This document shows positions 9,824 to 18,588 of a stretch of 64,000 bases of DNA, in pieces (the stretch's first letter is position 1; each line of letters begins with the position of its first letter). Location: contig LBWK01000001.1 of NCBI GenBank assembly GCA_000993565.1, positions 492,208 through 556,207 on the forward strand. Direction: 5' to 3'. The DNA comes from a candidate division WS6 bacterium GW2011_GWF2_39_15. Its GTDB lineage: Bacteria; Patescibacteriota; Dojkabacteria; SC72. The notes under the pieces are model-generated. The model saw nothing but the letters and a program-made list of their open reading frames with translations, had not been told where the DNA came from and searched no databases. The position numbers and the translations under genes are program-made.

Positions 9824-10315
9824 ATGGCAAAACATAAGGTAGAAACTCTAGGCGAAGACCTCACACTATATTTAGCTGGATTTGACTCGGATAGTAATGA
9901 AAGACCTTTTAAACCGACTCCCGACTCTGCCGTTGATACATCATCTGTGTCACACATTGTTAGAAGCCAGGTTGAACAATATCAGGATGGATTTTACATA
10001 TTCTATCGTGCATCTCAATCTGGAACCGCATTAGATAAAACTCAAAGAATACTTGAGGCCGCTTTAAGGGAAGATTCTTTTGACTTCGTCCTCGGTGGTC
10101 TATATGCTCTAAGACTTCTAGAAGATGATAGCGGAATAGAAGCAATAATGGAAAAGATTTTAGAGCATGTAGACTCAATGAATAGAGGCTCTGGACGTAC
10201 TACACTCTTACAAGCAATTGCCTTGGAACAAGACTTAATCAGGCAGGGAATCATAGAAGCGGATTCATCGACTGCATCTGGTAACTGCAAAATACTAGAT
10301 CTCCTTACAGCCTAA
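9824..10315 (+). CDS. Hypothetical soluble protein
   Basis: 163-aa ORF on the strand opposite the surrounding array. Weakly similar to the next ORF (LGGLYALRLLEDD versus LCGALLALNISMRDED). Confidence 0.45.
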   Translation: MAKHKVETLGEDLTLYLAGFDSDSNERPFKPTPDSAVDTSSVSHIVRSQVEQYQDGFYIFYRASQSGTALDKTQRILEAALREDSFDFVLGGLYALRLLEDDSGIEAIMEKILEHVDSMNRGSGRTTLLQAIALEQDLIRQGIIEADSSTASGNCKILDLLTA

Positions 10316-10391
10316 TTTCCCTATGACTAAAATTCTATCTTTATAATAGATATCAGAGTATACTTCAGCGCTAAGCTATATCATTATAACT

Positions 10392-10871
10392 TTGACTATA
10401 ACCGGAGGCAGTACCTTACACAAAATATACTACGAAGTCCCTCCAAATGCTGTAAATGTTTGTGATATATTAAAGACCCAGATAGGAACGATAAAACAAG
10501 AACACTCAGTCTCTTCTGACCTCTACCTAGACTCAATCATTAGAATCCTTGAAGGAGGAGTTCTCCACACCGATGTAGACAATTTTCGAAACGGGCCGAA
10601 GGATTTGGAACGCACACTCAGACTCTGTGGAGCACTACTAGCATTGAACATATCTATGAGAGACGAAGATCCAGAGAGGAAAGCAAGGTCTACAGAGTAT
10701 TGCTCGAAGATGATAGAAGCTTCGGGAATACTATCTTTAAGACTAAGCAGTTCTCGCCTTGATACAGCACTTGAGATTGTCGCCGGATTTGAACATACTC
10801 TAATAGAACAAAAAGTAATTACAGAAGATGAGGCTGTTGCAGTAAAAATAGTAGAAGCCAGACGCTCTTGA
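10392..10871 (+). CDS. Hypothetical soluble protein, possible paralog of 9824..10315
   Basis: 159-aa ORF. No recognisable domain. Confidence 0.45.
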   Translation: MTITGGSTLHKIYYEVPPNAVNVCDILKTQIGTIKQEHSVSSDLYLDSIIRILEGGVLHTDVDNFRNGPKDLERTLRLCGALLALNISMRDEDPERKARSTEYCSKMIEASGILSLRLSSSRLDTALEIVAGFEHTLIEQKVITEDEAVAVKIVEARRS

Positions 10872-10877
10872 TAGCTC

Positions 10878-12752
10878 CTACTTTTTCTCGATATTTATAA
10901 ATGTTACTCCACTTCCCTGTGGCGGAATCTGGAGATAACCAGGAGCCCGAAGATTATACATAGCCTTGAAATCCGATGCGGATACGGTTAGAACTCCCCT
11001 ATTTGTCCCAAACAATATATTTGTGGTCTGCCCTTTGCTATTAAACGATGCGGCGATCGAAGAGACAACCGTAACAGGACTCTTAAGAAGTGAAGCCAAT
11101 GCCTCTTTTGAATAAGGATTTCCACTCATTCCTGATATGTGACAGTCATTGATGGTAACCGGAATTATTCTTGAATAATCTACACTACCTTTCAACGGAT
11201 CATTATTATTAATAAGCCAGACATTTAGTATATCCGCCATCTCTTTGTTAGAAAGATAATTCCTATTATTCCCCGTTACATCTTTCTTCGAAGAGTTACA
11301 TACCGACCCATTAAGGAGGGTTGACCATGTTTTGTAAAACCAGGGACTATTGCCATAATTAACCCCTTCATAAGCATTGGGAGTCCAGTTACCCGTCCCC
11401 TGCTTATTTGTAGTATCCCATCCGGAAGTATTTAAATACCCTCCCGTAGTAGAAGAAAACTGAAAGTTTCCAGGACCGCCAGCCAATACCCATTTACTAG
11501 TATAATCTACGGCATTCCTCCATGCGGTAGCATTTACCTCCTTTTTGACTACCTGACAGCTTTGACTTGGACATATTGTCGGGCCTCCGCACTCCTTATG
11601 TGTGCTCGAATATCTAATTGCATAACTCCTTGCCGCAACAGACTGTGCTCTAAGAACCTCTGTCGGCCAGCTTGCAGGGACCTCATACAGGTGTTTTACA
11701 TAATCATCAATTGAAAAAGCCTGACAATTAAAAGTCTGTCCATATTCATTAGTTCCGTTAACATATATCTTAGAGGGGACGCCGTAGTTTTTATTCAGTG
11801 TTTCAGCCGGATAGTATGCTTTCAAAATCTGCTCGGCATTCTGCCCGGCTTTTGCCCTTCCATACGCCCCGTACTGGCTCATGCCATTTCTATGCGTGTA
11901 CGCACCAAAAGCAAAAACAGCAAAATTTCCGGAGGCAGCATTTGCCATGAATCCACTTTTTGAGGAAAGGTTATCTGCAGCTCCAGGCACATCACCGACT
12001 CCAAGTATTCCCCCTGCCGCTTTTGCTAGTAGAATCGCCTCTTGAAGCTGAGATATTTCCCCTTTTAAGGCGGTGATATCCGTACCTAGTCTTGTAGATA
12101 ATCCCCGTTTTTTGGACGCCTCTGCGAGCAGTGCATTACGCTGAGCCACCAGATCATTCTTAGACTTTTCCAAACCATTCTTCTCGCTTTCCAAATCTAC
12201 CTTATCCTTTTCTAATTCCATCTTCTCCTGCTTCATTTGTGCATAATTCTGAGAGAGAAGTTTCAGTTTATCAACGTAATCAAAACCGGAAAGTTTTCTA
12301 AGAAAAACCCCTTTTATTATATCCTCCACACTTTTATTCGCTAGTATATATTCCCAAAAACTGAACCGTGAGCTTTTATACAATTGGGCAGCTACGAGAT
12401 CGAGCTTCTCCTGTTCCTTAGATAGCTCACCTTCTTTTTGGGAAATAACATCAGATTTCAGTTTAATTTCTAACTGTGCAGACTTAATATACAAATCAAT
12501 CTCATCTAAAGCATCTTTCATAAGGGAGATCTTTTCATCAACACTCACACTGCTTCTATTTATCTCCGCAATCTCCTTTTTTATCTTATCCAACGCACTC
12601 TCCTTCTCTTTAACCGTCTGACTTTTCTCCTGGACTTCTTGCTCAAGATCATCTATATCTTCCGAGTATATAGGAAAGGAATATACGGTTAATGAATAGA
12701 TCAAGATAATAACAAGCGAGAGGACAGTTTTAATCGTCTTACTTACACACAT
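10878..12752 (-). CDS. Secreted or anchored coiled-coil protein with a C-terminal SpoIID/LytB-type domain (peptidoglycan lytic transglycosylase-like)
   Basis: 624 aa. N-terminal signal/TM (VLSLVIILIYSLTVYS), then about 230 aa of heptad coiled coil. The C-terminal domain carries FAFGAYTHRNGMSQYGAYGRAKAGQNAEQILKAYYP and VAARSYAIRY, matching SpoIID/LytB motifs. Confidence 0.7.
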   Translation of the reverse strand: MCVSKTIKTVLSLVIILIYSLTVYSFPIYSEDIDDLEQEVQEKSQTVKEKESALDKIKKEIAEINRSSVSVDEKISLMKDALDEIDLYIKSAQLEIKLKSDVISQKEGELSKEQEKLDLVAAQLYKSSRFSFWEYILANKSVEDIIKGVFLRKLSGFDYVDKLKLLSQNYAQMKQEKMELEKDKVDLESEKNGLEKSKNDLVAQRNALLAEASKKRGLSTRLGTDITALKGEISQLQEAILLAKAAGGILGVGDVPGAADNLSSKSGFMANAASGNFAVFAFGAYTHRNGMSQYGAYGRAKAGQNAEQILKAYYPAETLNKNYGVPSKIYVNGTNEYGQTFNCQAFSIDDYVKHLYEVPASWPTEVLRAQSVAARSYAIRYSSTHKECGGPTICPSQSCQVVKKEVNATAWRNAVDYTSKWVLAGGPGNFQFSSTTGGYLNTSGWDTTNKQGTGNWTPNAYEGVNYGNSPWFYKTWSTLLNGSVCNSSKKDVTGNNRNYLSNKEMADILNVWLINNNDPLKGSVDYSRIIPVTINDCHISGMSGNPYSKEALASLLKSPVTVVSSIAASFNSKGQTTNILFGTNRGVLTVSASDFKAMYNLRAPGYLQIPPQGSGVTFINIEKK

Positions 12753-12777
12753 ACCCTATTATACAGAAAATCTCTAT

Positions 12778-13098
12778 CTAGTTTCCGAGGAAGTCCAATA
12801 TCAGCTTTAATACACCGCTGAACAGGACAAGAAAGATTAATCCTAATATAGCCCAAGTTAAAGTTCCCTGAGCCTGTTTAACTTTCCCGGGATCACCTGA
12901 AGACATCATCCACATATAACCACCGTAAACAACCATTATCAAAGAGATTAAGGATCCGATAGGGATTAGAAGCTTAAAAACGCTATCAAGAATCCCTCCG
13001 ATCTCGTCTAATCTGGGAGGTGCTGCATATACCGCGTCTGGGACTAGTACCATTGAAAAGAGTGTTAATGAGGTTATAAATCCTTTAATCTTTTTCAT
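12778..13098 (-). CDS. T4SS pilin-like small membrane protein, paralog 5
   Basis: 106 aa. Signal peptide (cleavage near VYA/AP) plus two TM helices. Shared motif YGGYMWMMSSGDPGKVKQAQGTLTWAILGL. Start overlaps the upstream stop at 13098. Confidence 0.6.
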   Translation of the reverse strand: MKKIKGFITSLTLFSMVLVPDAVYAAPPRLDEIGGILDSVFKLLIPIGSLISLIMVVYGGYMWMMSSGDPGKVKQAQGTLTWAILGLIFLVLFSGVLKLILDFLGN

Positions 13099-13376
13099 TA
13101 TAATTGACCCAGTACATTATTTAAAATAAAGCGGATAATAAGGGGAGATATAAATACTATAATCAATCCTATCATAGCGTATATCACAGACTTCTGAGCT
13201 TTCTCAATCTTCCCCTCGTCTCCTACTGATAGTATATACTGAATTCCGGCACTCACCAATACTGCCACGGTAATTAATGCTGAAATCATTATAGCTAGAT
13301 TGAGAGTTCCCTTGACCATATCAATCAATGAACTATACCCCGTATTGTTAAGGGCAGACAGGTCAAAGAGATTCAT
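13098..13376 (-). CDS. T4SS pilin-like small membrane protein, paralog 4
   Basis: 92 aa. Motif AGIQYILSVGDEGKIEKAQKSVIYAMIGL. Confidence 0.6.
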   Translation of the reverse strand: MNLFDLSALNNTGYSSLIDMVKGTLNLAIMISALITVAVLVSAGIQYILSVGDEGKIEKAQKSVIYAMIGLIIVFISPLIIRFILNNVLGQL

Positions 13377-13436
13377 AATAGAGAGAATAAAAATAAGAGG
13401 CAGGAGAGTTTCCCCTCCTGCCTTCCGATTACAACG

Positions 13437-13853
13437 TTAGACTTTCAAAAGCTGTGAAAGTACGAAGTTTACAACCAATACTGAGACAAAACATAGAACC
13501 AGTCCGACAATTGCATATGTAATACCCTTTGTTGCTTTCTCAATCTTTCCATCATCACCAGAAGCAACAATGTACTGAACACCGCTATAAACCAATACAC
13601 CAACAGCAATCAATGCTGCGAGGGCAATTGCAAGGTTTAATGCATTCTTGATAAATCCAATAAGATCGTTACCATTACCTGATGTTACAATTCCATCAAC
13701 AAATCCACTTGCGCTACTTGCTGCCATTACTGTTGCTGCGGCAAAGTATAAAGCTGATCCTAATGTGGATACTGTTGCTCCTACTTTTGTTACTACCTTC
13801 GCTAATTTATTCATTGTTACTACTAATAAAATTAATATGTTATAGGTTGACAC
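13437..13853 (-). CDS. T4SS pilin-like small membrane protein, paralog 3. The likely true start is the internal Met (MNKLAKVV), around 13814
   Basis: 138-aa ORF. Motif YSGVQYIVASGDDGKIEKATKGITYAIVGL. Confidence 0.6.
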   Translation of the reverse strand: MSTYNILILLVVTMNKLAKVVTKVGATVSTLGSALYFAAATVMAASSASGFVDGIVTSGNGNDLIGFIKNALNLAIALAALIAVGVLVYSGVQYIVASGDDGKIEKATKGITYAIVGLVLCFVSVLVVNFVLSQLLKV

Positions 13854-13885
13854 ATTATATTATATGCAGTACCAATCTGCAATAG

Positions 13886-14224
13886 CTAGACCTTTAATAC
13901 TTCGGTTAAAACAAAGATTATTATCATCTTAGCTACGAATATGATGATCATACCTACAATTGCGTTTGTAATAATTTTTTGAGACTGGTCTATTTTATCC
14001 GGATCTCCTGCTGCTGTAATCATAAGAATCCCTCCATATACAAGCAGTCCTACCAACACCAGAGCAGAGAGATTCACAGCGGTATTCACAACTGTCTGAA
14101 CCTTTCCAACCGTTCCCTCTACTGTCGTAAAAGAATCGCTTCCAAAAGGATTACTGATACCAAACCAACTGGCAAAGAGGCCCCCCTTTTTCTCTACATA
14201 CTTTTTTATCTCATTAATTTTCAT
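13886..14224 (-). CDS. T4SS pilin-like small membrane protein, paralog 2. Its N-terminal region is atypically non-hydrophobic
   Basis: 112 aa. Motif YGGILMITAAGDPDKIDQSQKIITNAIVGM. Confidence 0.55.
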   Translation of the reverse strand: MKINEIKKYVEKKGGLFASWFGISNPFGSDSFTTVEGTVGKVQTVVNTAVNLSALVLVGLLVYGGILMITAAGDPDKIDQSQKIITNAIVGMIIIFVAKMIIIFVLTEVLKV

Positions 14225-14242
14225 TTATATCCTATTAAAATA

Positions 14243-14596
14243 TTAAGGATTTAAACCCGGAATATTTAATGTATTCCTTATTAACAATAGTATAGCAACT
14301 GAAAGAGCAATTAAAGCGAATCCAATAACCGCATTAGTAACGACCTCTCTTGCTTCATTCAGCTTCTCTGGATCACCCTGGCTGGTAATCATGTTATATC
14401 CTGCAAACGCAAAGAGAATAATTGCAGAAAGAACCCCCAGCGGAATTGCAAGCTTGACTAAAGCATTTACAAGTGACGGCAGATCCTGAGCATTGGTGAC
14501 CTCTGTAACGTTTCCGGATATCGCATTACTCAACGCATCCGCATAAACAGGCGAAGAAATTGCGTGAAAGATTTTTTCGAGTATGCTCTGTATCAT
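14243..14596 (-). CDS. T4SS pilin-like small membrane protein, paralog 1
   Basis: 117 aa. Motif FAGYNMITSQGDPEKLNEAREVVTNAVIGF. Confidence 0.55.
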   Translation of the reverse strand: MIQSILEKIFHAISSPVYADALSNAISGNVTEVTNAQDLPSLVNALVKLAIPLGVLSAIILFAFAGYNMITSQGDPEKLNEAREVVTNAVIGFALIALSVAILLLIRNTLNIPGLNP

Positions 14597-14618
14597 ATTA
14601 TTAACAACGAATTATACA

Positions 14619-17606
14619 CTACAGAATAGCCTCTTCACAAACATCCTGATAATCGCAGTACATACAATGATGGGATTTAGGGATAGTGAAATCCCCGCTC
14701 CTGATCTTAGCAACGATTCCCTTGATCTTTTTAACCACATTATCTCTTCTCCTTGGCGTAATGCTTATATCCACTTTCTTCCCGTGCTCTACAAATACAT
14801 AGGATGCTTTATCTACTTTCAACCCCCATAACTCTTCGGCTACAATAGCGTAGAAAACCAGCTGCCAATTTGTATTGGCTTCCTTTTGTGATTTAGCCTT
14901 TCCCGTTTTATAATCCATAATCTCTACATGCCTAACCCCATCCTTAACCTCCAGCAAATCTATTCGGTCCACCTTTCCTAAGATTCTAAAATCAGCCATT
15001 CCAAACTTAAAACTTTTCTCTAAAAAGATCGGCCTTTCCTTTCCGGTATGGAACTCATCAAAAAATCTCTCTAGACCCATTCTCCCATACTCCAGCCTCT
15101 TCTTCTCATGTTCTCTTGATTCATACCCTTCAGACTGCCAGTATGTCTCGTACAAGTTAAGAAGCTCTTCTTTTGTAGGTTTCTCGATAAAACCTTCAAG
15201 GCCCTCAAGTGATGCCATCTGTTTTTCATAGAAGGTTCGGAGCGTGTTATGCACTGTATTTCCAAAAGACAGTGCTGAGTTCGGAGGAAGAGGAATTTTA
15301 AGAATGTAGCTGTATTTATACTGACGGGGACACATTTCATAGGAAGCAATCTGTGAATAGCTGAACTGGTTACTCACCTCAATTCCGGCTTTCTTGTAAT
15401 CTATAATGTCCGAGTTATCCTGCCTCTGAAAGATTTGAAACTCAGCGCTTCCTTCCTCTCCTTTGATAAGTTTAAGATCTTCATTTACATCCCTCCCGAG
15501 TGTCTCACTTAGAAATCCGCTCACCTTTCTAACTCTGCCTGCCCCGCTATATGACTGGGCAGCACTCAAGTATAGTTTATCCTTTGCCCTCGTCATACCG
15601 ACATAAAAGAGTCTTCTCTCTTCCTGTATATGTTCATCTACCTGATTGTCCTCCGGGATCACTTCCTTAATCAGATCATCAGGGATTGATAACCTTTCAA
15701 ACTTAGCACGGGTAGGGAATCTCTCATCAACAAGATTAACAAGAAATACAACAGGAAACTCCAGTCCCTTAGCTCCGTGTACTGTCATAATATTTACTCC
15801 GTCAAAATCCAGAAAGGCCTCTCCGTTCACGCTGGGGTTTTCCCCAATTTCAAGGCTGTAATCAAGGTAGTCAAGATAGTCGTAGATTGTTGCTCCGGGA
15901 TTATTTCTTTCAAACTCCTTAAGCATTTCAAAGTATTTACGAATATTCTCAACCCTAAACAGGTTTTTAGCAGACTCTTCCTTTACCAGATAGTCCTTCC
16001 AGCCGCTTTTATCAAAAAACTCAAAAAGTATCTGCCCTACCCCACGCCCTTCCTTTACCAGTTCAAAACTCTTATTTACCAATTTCACAATTTTATTGAT
16101 AGACGTTAAGGCCTCATTACCCAACTTTCTCCTTATTATCTCCCCTCCTTCATTTTTATCCACAACATCTTCAAAAAGTGTAAACACAGGAATATGCTTA
16201 AACCGGGCATACCTCATAATTTCAACCACTTCACGGGCACTAAGTGACCATACCGGCATACTTAAAATGTTAAACATGGAAACACTATGACTATAGTCAA
16301 CAACGAGACGAAGATACGACATTAGTACTTTGACTTCGTCCGTATTGTAAAGGCCTTTATACCCCCCAAACTTATACGGGATTCCGTTAAACCTCAATGC
16401 CTGCACAAAGTCATCACTCTGAGCATTGGCACGTACCAAAATCGCGATATCCGAGAAAGAGTACTTACTTTGTTTCTTTATCAGATCTAAAATCTCCTTT
16501 GCCACTAAATCCGCCTCACCTGAGCCGGACTGTGCAAGCAGAAGCTTCACACAGTCTTTTTCGCCTTTCTCATTATCTGCCTTTGCAATTAACCTTTTAC
16601 TTACCTGTTCAGTTACTTCCAGCCTATACGGATTATTGTTCTGAATTAGCCTATATGAGTTATCCAGAATTTCCTGTTTTGAACGGTAGTTCTCAGTTAG
16701 AACCACACGTTTAGCCGTTGGATACAGTTTCTTAAACTGAAGGATATTGGAAATAGCCGCTCCCCTGAACTTATATATTGACTGGTCGTCATCCCCTACA
16801 ACTGTAACATTGGCTTTGTTTGTATTAATCTTCTTTCCCTTCTCCGTATCCTCTCCAAGAGCCAGCATATTCACAAGCACATTCTGTGTATAGTTGGTGT
16901 CTTGAAACTCATCTACGAGAATATATTTAAACTTTTCGTGATATTTCTTGAGAATATTAGGCCTTTCTCTAAACAGCCTAAGAACAGTATTAATCAGGTC
17001 GCCAAAATCCAGTTTAGATTCCTTAAGTTTAAGCTCGGTAAAGAACTTATAGGTATTGGAAAGTTCCACCGCCTGTCTCTTATTCAGAGATTCCTCAACA
17101 CTCTCTGCCTTTAAGCTATTCGCATACTTAATATAATCATCAGGGGTAACATCTTCGTCCTGCAAACGGGAAAAATGGTTGAGAATCTGAGATATAAAGC
17201 CGCTGGGGTTGCCAAGAGGACGGAATATATCGAGCGGCATTTCGAATATATGCTTTCGAAATAGCATATACCCTTCGGCTTCAGTCATAAGCTTGAAGTT
17301 GGGATTAAGACCAATAAATATACCTTCCTGTTTAAGAACCTTGTCACAAAAGGAATGGAATGTTGATATCCAAACCTCCTCATAACCGTATGGCATTTCA
17401 ACATCTACCCTCTCCAGCATCTCTTTGCACGCTTTTTCAGTAAAGGTGAGAGCGAGAATCTCAGAGGCTTTTGCCCAGTCCTTCCTCATTATATTGACCA
17501 TTCTCTGCGTGATTACTGCTGTTTTTCCGGTACCAGCACCGGCAATAATAAGAAGAGGACCGGATTTGTGCTCTATAGCCTCCTGCTGAGATTTGTTTAA
17601 TTCCAT
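14619..17606 (-). CDS. UvrD/PcrA-family SF1 helicase fused to a C-terminal RecB/Cas4-type PD-(D/E)xK nuclease with a 4Fe-4S cluster (AddAB-like single-chain helicase-nuclease)
   Basis: 995 aa. Walker A is AGAGTGKT. UvrD motifs are present (TFTEKA, VDEFQDT, VGDDDQSIY, TVHGAKGLEF). The C-terminus has a lone Cys (CPRQY), a D...IMDYKTGK nuclease core, and HCMYCDYQDVC (C-x2-C-x5-C). Confidence 0.85.
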   Translation of the reverse strand: MELNKSQQEAIEHKSGPLLIIAGAGTGKTAVITQRMVNIMRKDWAKASEILALTFTEKACKEMLERVDVEMPYGYEEVWISTFHSFCDKVLKQEGIFIGLNPNFKLMTEAEGYMLFRKHIFEMPLDIFRPLGNPSGFISQILNHFSRLQDEDVTPDDYIKYANSLKAESVEESLNKRQAVELSNTYKFFTELKLKESKLDFGDLINTVLRLFRERPNILKKYHEKFKYILVDEFQDTNYTQNVLVNMLALGEDTEKGKKINTNKANVTVVGDDDQSIYKFRGAAISNILQFKKLYPTAKRVVLTENYRSKQEILDNSYRLIQNNNPYRLEVTEQVSKRLIAKADNEKGEKDCVKLLLAQSGSGEADLVAKEILDLIKKQSKYSFSDIAILVRANAQSDDFVQALRFNGIPYKFGGYKGLYNTDEVKVLMSYLRLVVDYSHSVSMFNILSMPVWSLSAREVVEIMRYARFKHIPVFTLFEDVVDKNEGGEIIRRKLGNEALTSINKIVKLVNKSFELVKEGRGVGQILFEFFDKSGWKDYLVKEESAKNLFRVENIRKYFEMLKEFERNNPGATIYDYLDYLDYSLEIGENPSVNGEAFLDFDGVNIMTVHGAKGLEFPVVFLVNLVDERFPTRAKFERLSIPDDLIKEVIPEDNQVDEHIQEERRLFYVGMTRAKDKLYLSAAQSYSGAGRVRKVSGFLSETLGRDVNEDLKLIKGEEGSAEFQIFQRQDNSDIIDYKKAGIEVSNQFSYSQIASYEMCPRQYKYSYILKIPLPPNSALSFGNTVHNTLRTFYEKQMASLEGLEGFIEKPTKEELLNLYETYWQSEGYESREHEKKRLEYGRMGLERFFDEFHTGKERPIFLEKSFKFGMADFRILGKVDRIDLLEVKDGVRHVEIMDYKTGKAKSQKEANTNWQLVFYAIVAEELWGLKVDKASYVFVEHGKKVDISITPRRRDNVVKKIKGIVAKIRSGDFTIPKSHHCMYCDYQDVCEEAIL

Positions 17607-17623
17607 ATACTAAGTATACAATA

Positions 17624-18487
17624 TCATTCGCCAATAATCGCCCTCAGATTCTCTATCTCAACTCCTCTAGTGCTATCAGCCTTTAGCCCCGGAGTTTCAA
17701 GAATAAAAGGTATATCGTTAAGTTTAGGGTGGTTCACTATTGCCTTAATGGCTTCCTTCCCTATCTTTCCTTTTCCGAGATTGTCATGCCTATCCTTATG
17801 TGAATTTAATTCAACCATCGAGTCATTTAAATGAAAGCATTTGACATTTTCTAACCCTAAGTACTCATCAATCCTTTTTACAATATTTTCCAGATCTTTC
17901 ACCCAATCGTAACCTGATGCAAACATGTGCTGTGTGTCCAACACATACCCTACCCTCTTTTTATCTTCAACCCCGTCTCTCATTGAGGCTAATTCCTCAA
18001 GAGTATCCCCCATAATATTGCCTGACCCTGCAGATGATTCAAGTAGCAGCATCCCTTTCCCAGGCACCTGTTCAAGAATCCAGTTTAGCCCGTACTGAAT
18101 CCTTTTAATTCCGTCCTCAGGCGTAAGGTCTTTTGCGGAACCGGGATGAAAAGTGACTCCCAAAACTTCAAGTGTCTCTGCTCTTTTGGCTACTTCCTGA
18201 GCATATTTAAGATATGTAACTATAGACATCTTTCCAAGATGAAACATCTGTTTATCTGCTCTGGCCAGATTGATAAGGTAGATACCGTGTAAGAGAAGCT
18301 TCTTTACACCGGATTTCTTTTGCTCGGTTACAAATGCTTCTATCTGTTCCTCGGATATATCTTTCAATGCCCATCTCATAGGAGGTGTTGGCATTGTCTG
18401 TATACTATTTATTCCATATTTCTCTGCTTCTTTAATAGCGTTTTCATGCCCTCCGGCAGAAGTAACGTGTGCACCAAAATATCGCAT
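17624..18487 (-). CDS. nfo: Endonuclease IV (AP endonuclease family 2)
   Basis: 287 aa. MRYFGAHVTSAGG, HGIYLINLA, FHPG, LLLESSAGSGN, LDTQHMFASGYD and HLNDS are the conserved Nfo metal-ligand blocks. Confidence 0.9.
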   Translation of the reverse strand: MRYFGAHVTSAGGHENAIKEAEKYGINSIQTMPTPPMRWALKDISEEQIEAFVTEQKKSGVKKLLLHGIYLINLARADKQMFHLGKMSIVTYLKYAQEVAKRAETLEVLGVTFHPGSAKDLTPEDGIKRIQYGLNWILEQVPGKGMLLLESSAGSGNIMGDTLEELASMRDGVEDKKRVGYVLDTQHMFASGYDWVKDLENIVKRIDEYLGLENVKCFHLNDSMVELNSHKDRHDNLGKGKIGKEAIKAIVNHPKLNDIPFILETPGLKADSTRGVEIENLRAIIGE

Positions 18488-18588
18488 TGTGTTTATATAT
18501 CCACAAACTTAAATATATTAAGTTTATCATTTATATACCCTCCCCTCTACATCATCTTAATTTCATTTCTATCCCGTACAATTAATAA

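Noticed and set aside
2876-17606. Conjugative plasmid or ICE interpretation of the T4SS-like genes.
   Set aside because: smpB and nfo are interleaved with the T4SS-like genes, and dnaA/oriC lie on the same contig. No relaxase, oriT-like or partition genes were seen. A chromosomal core module is the better reading.
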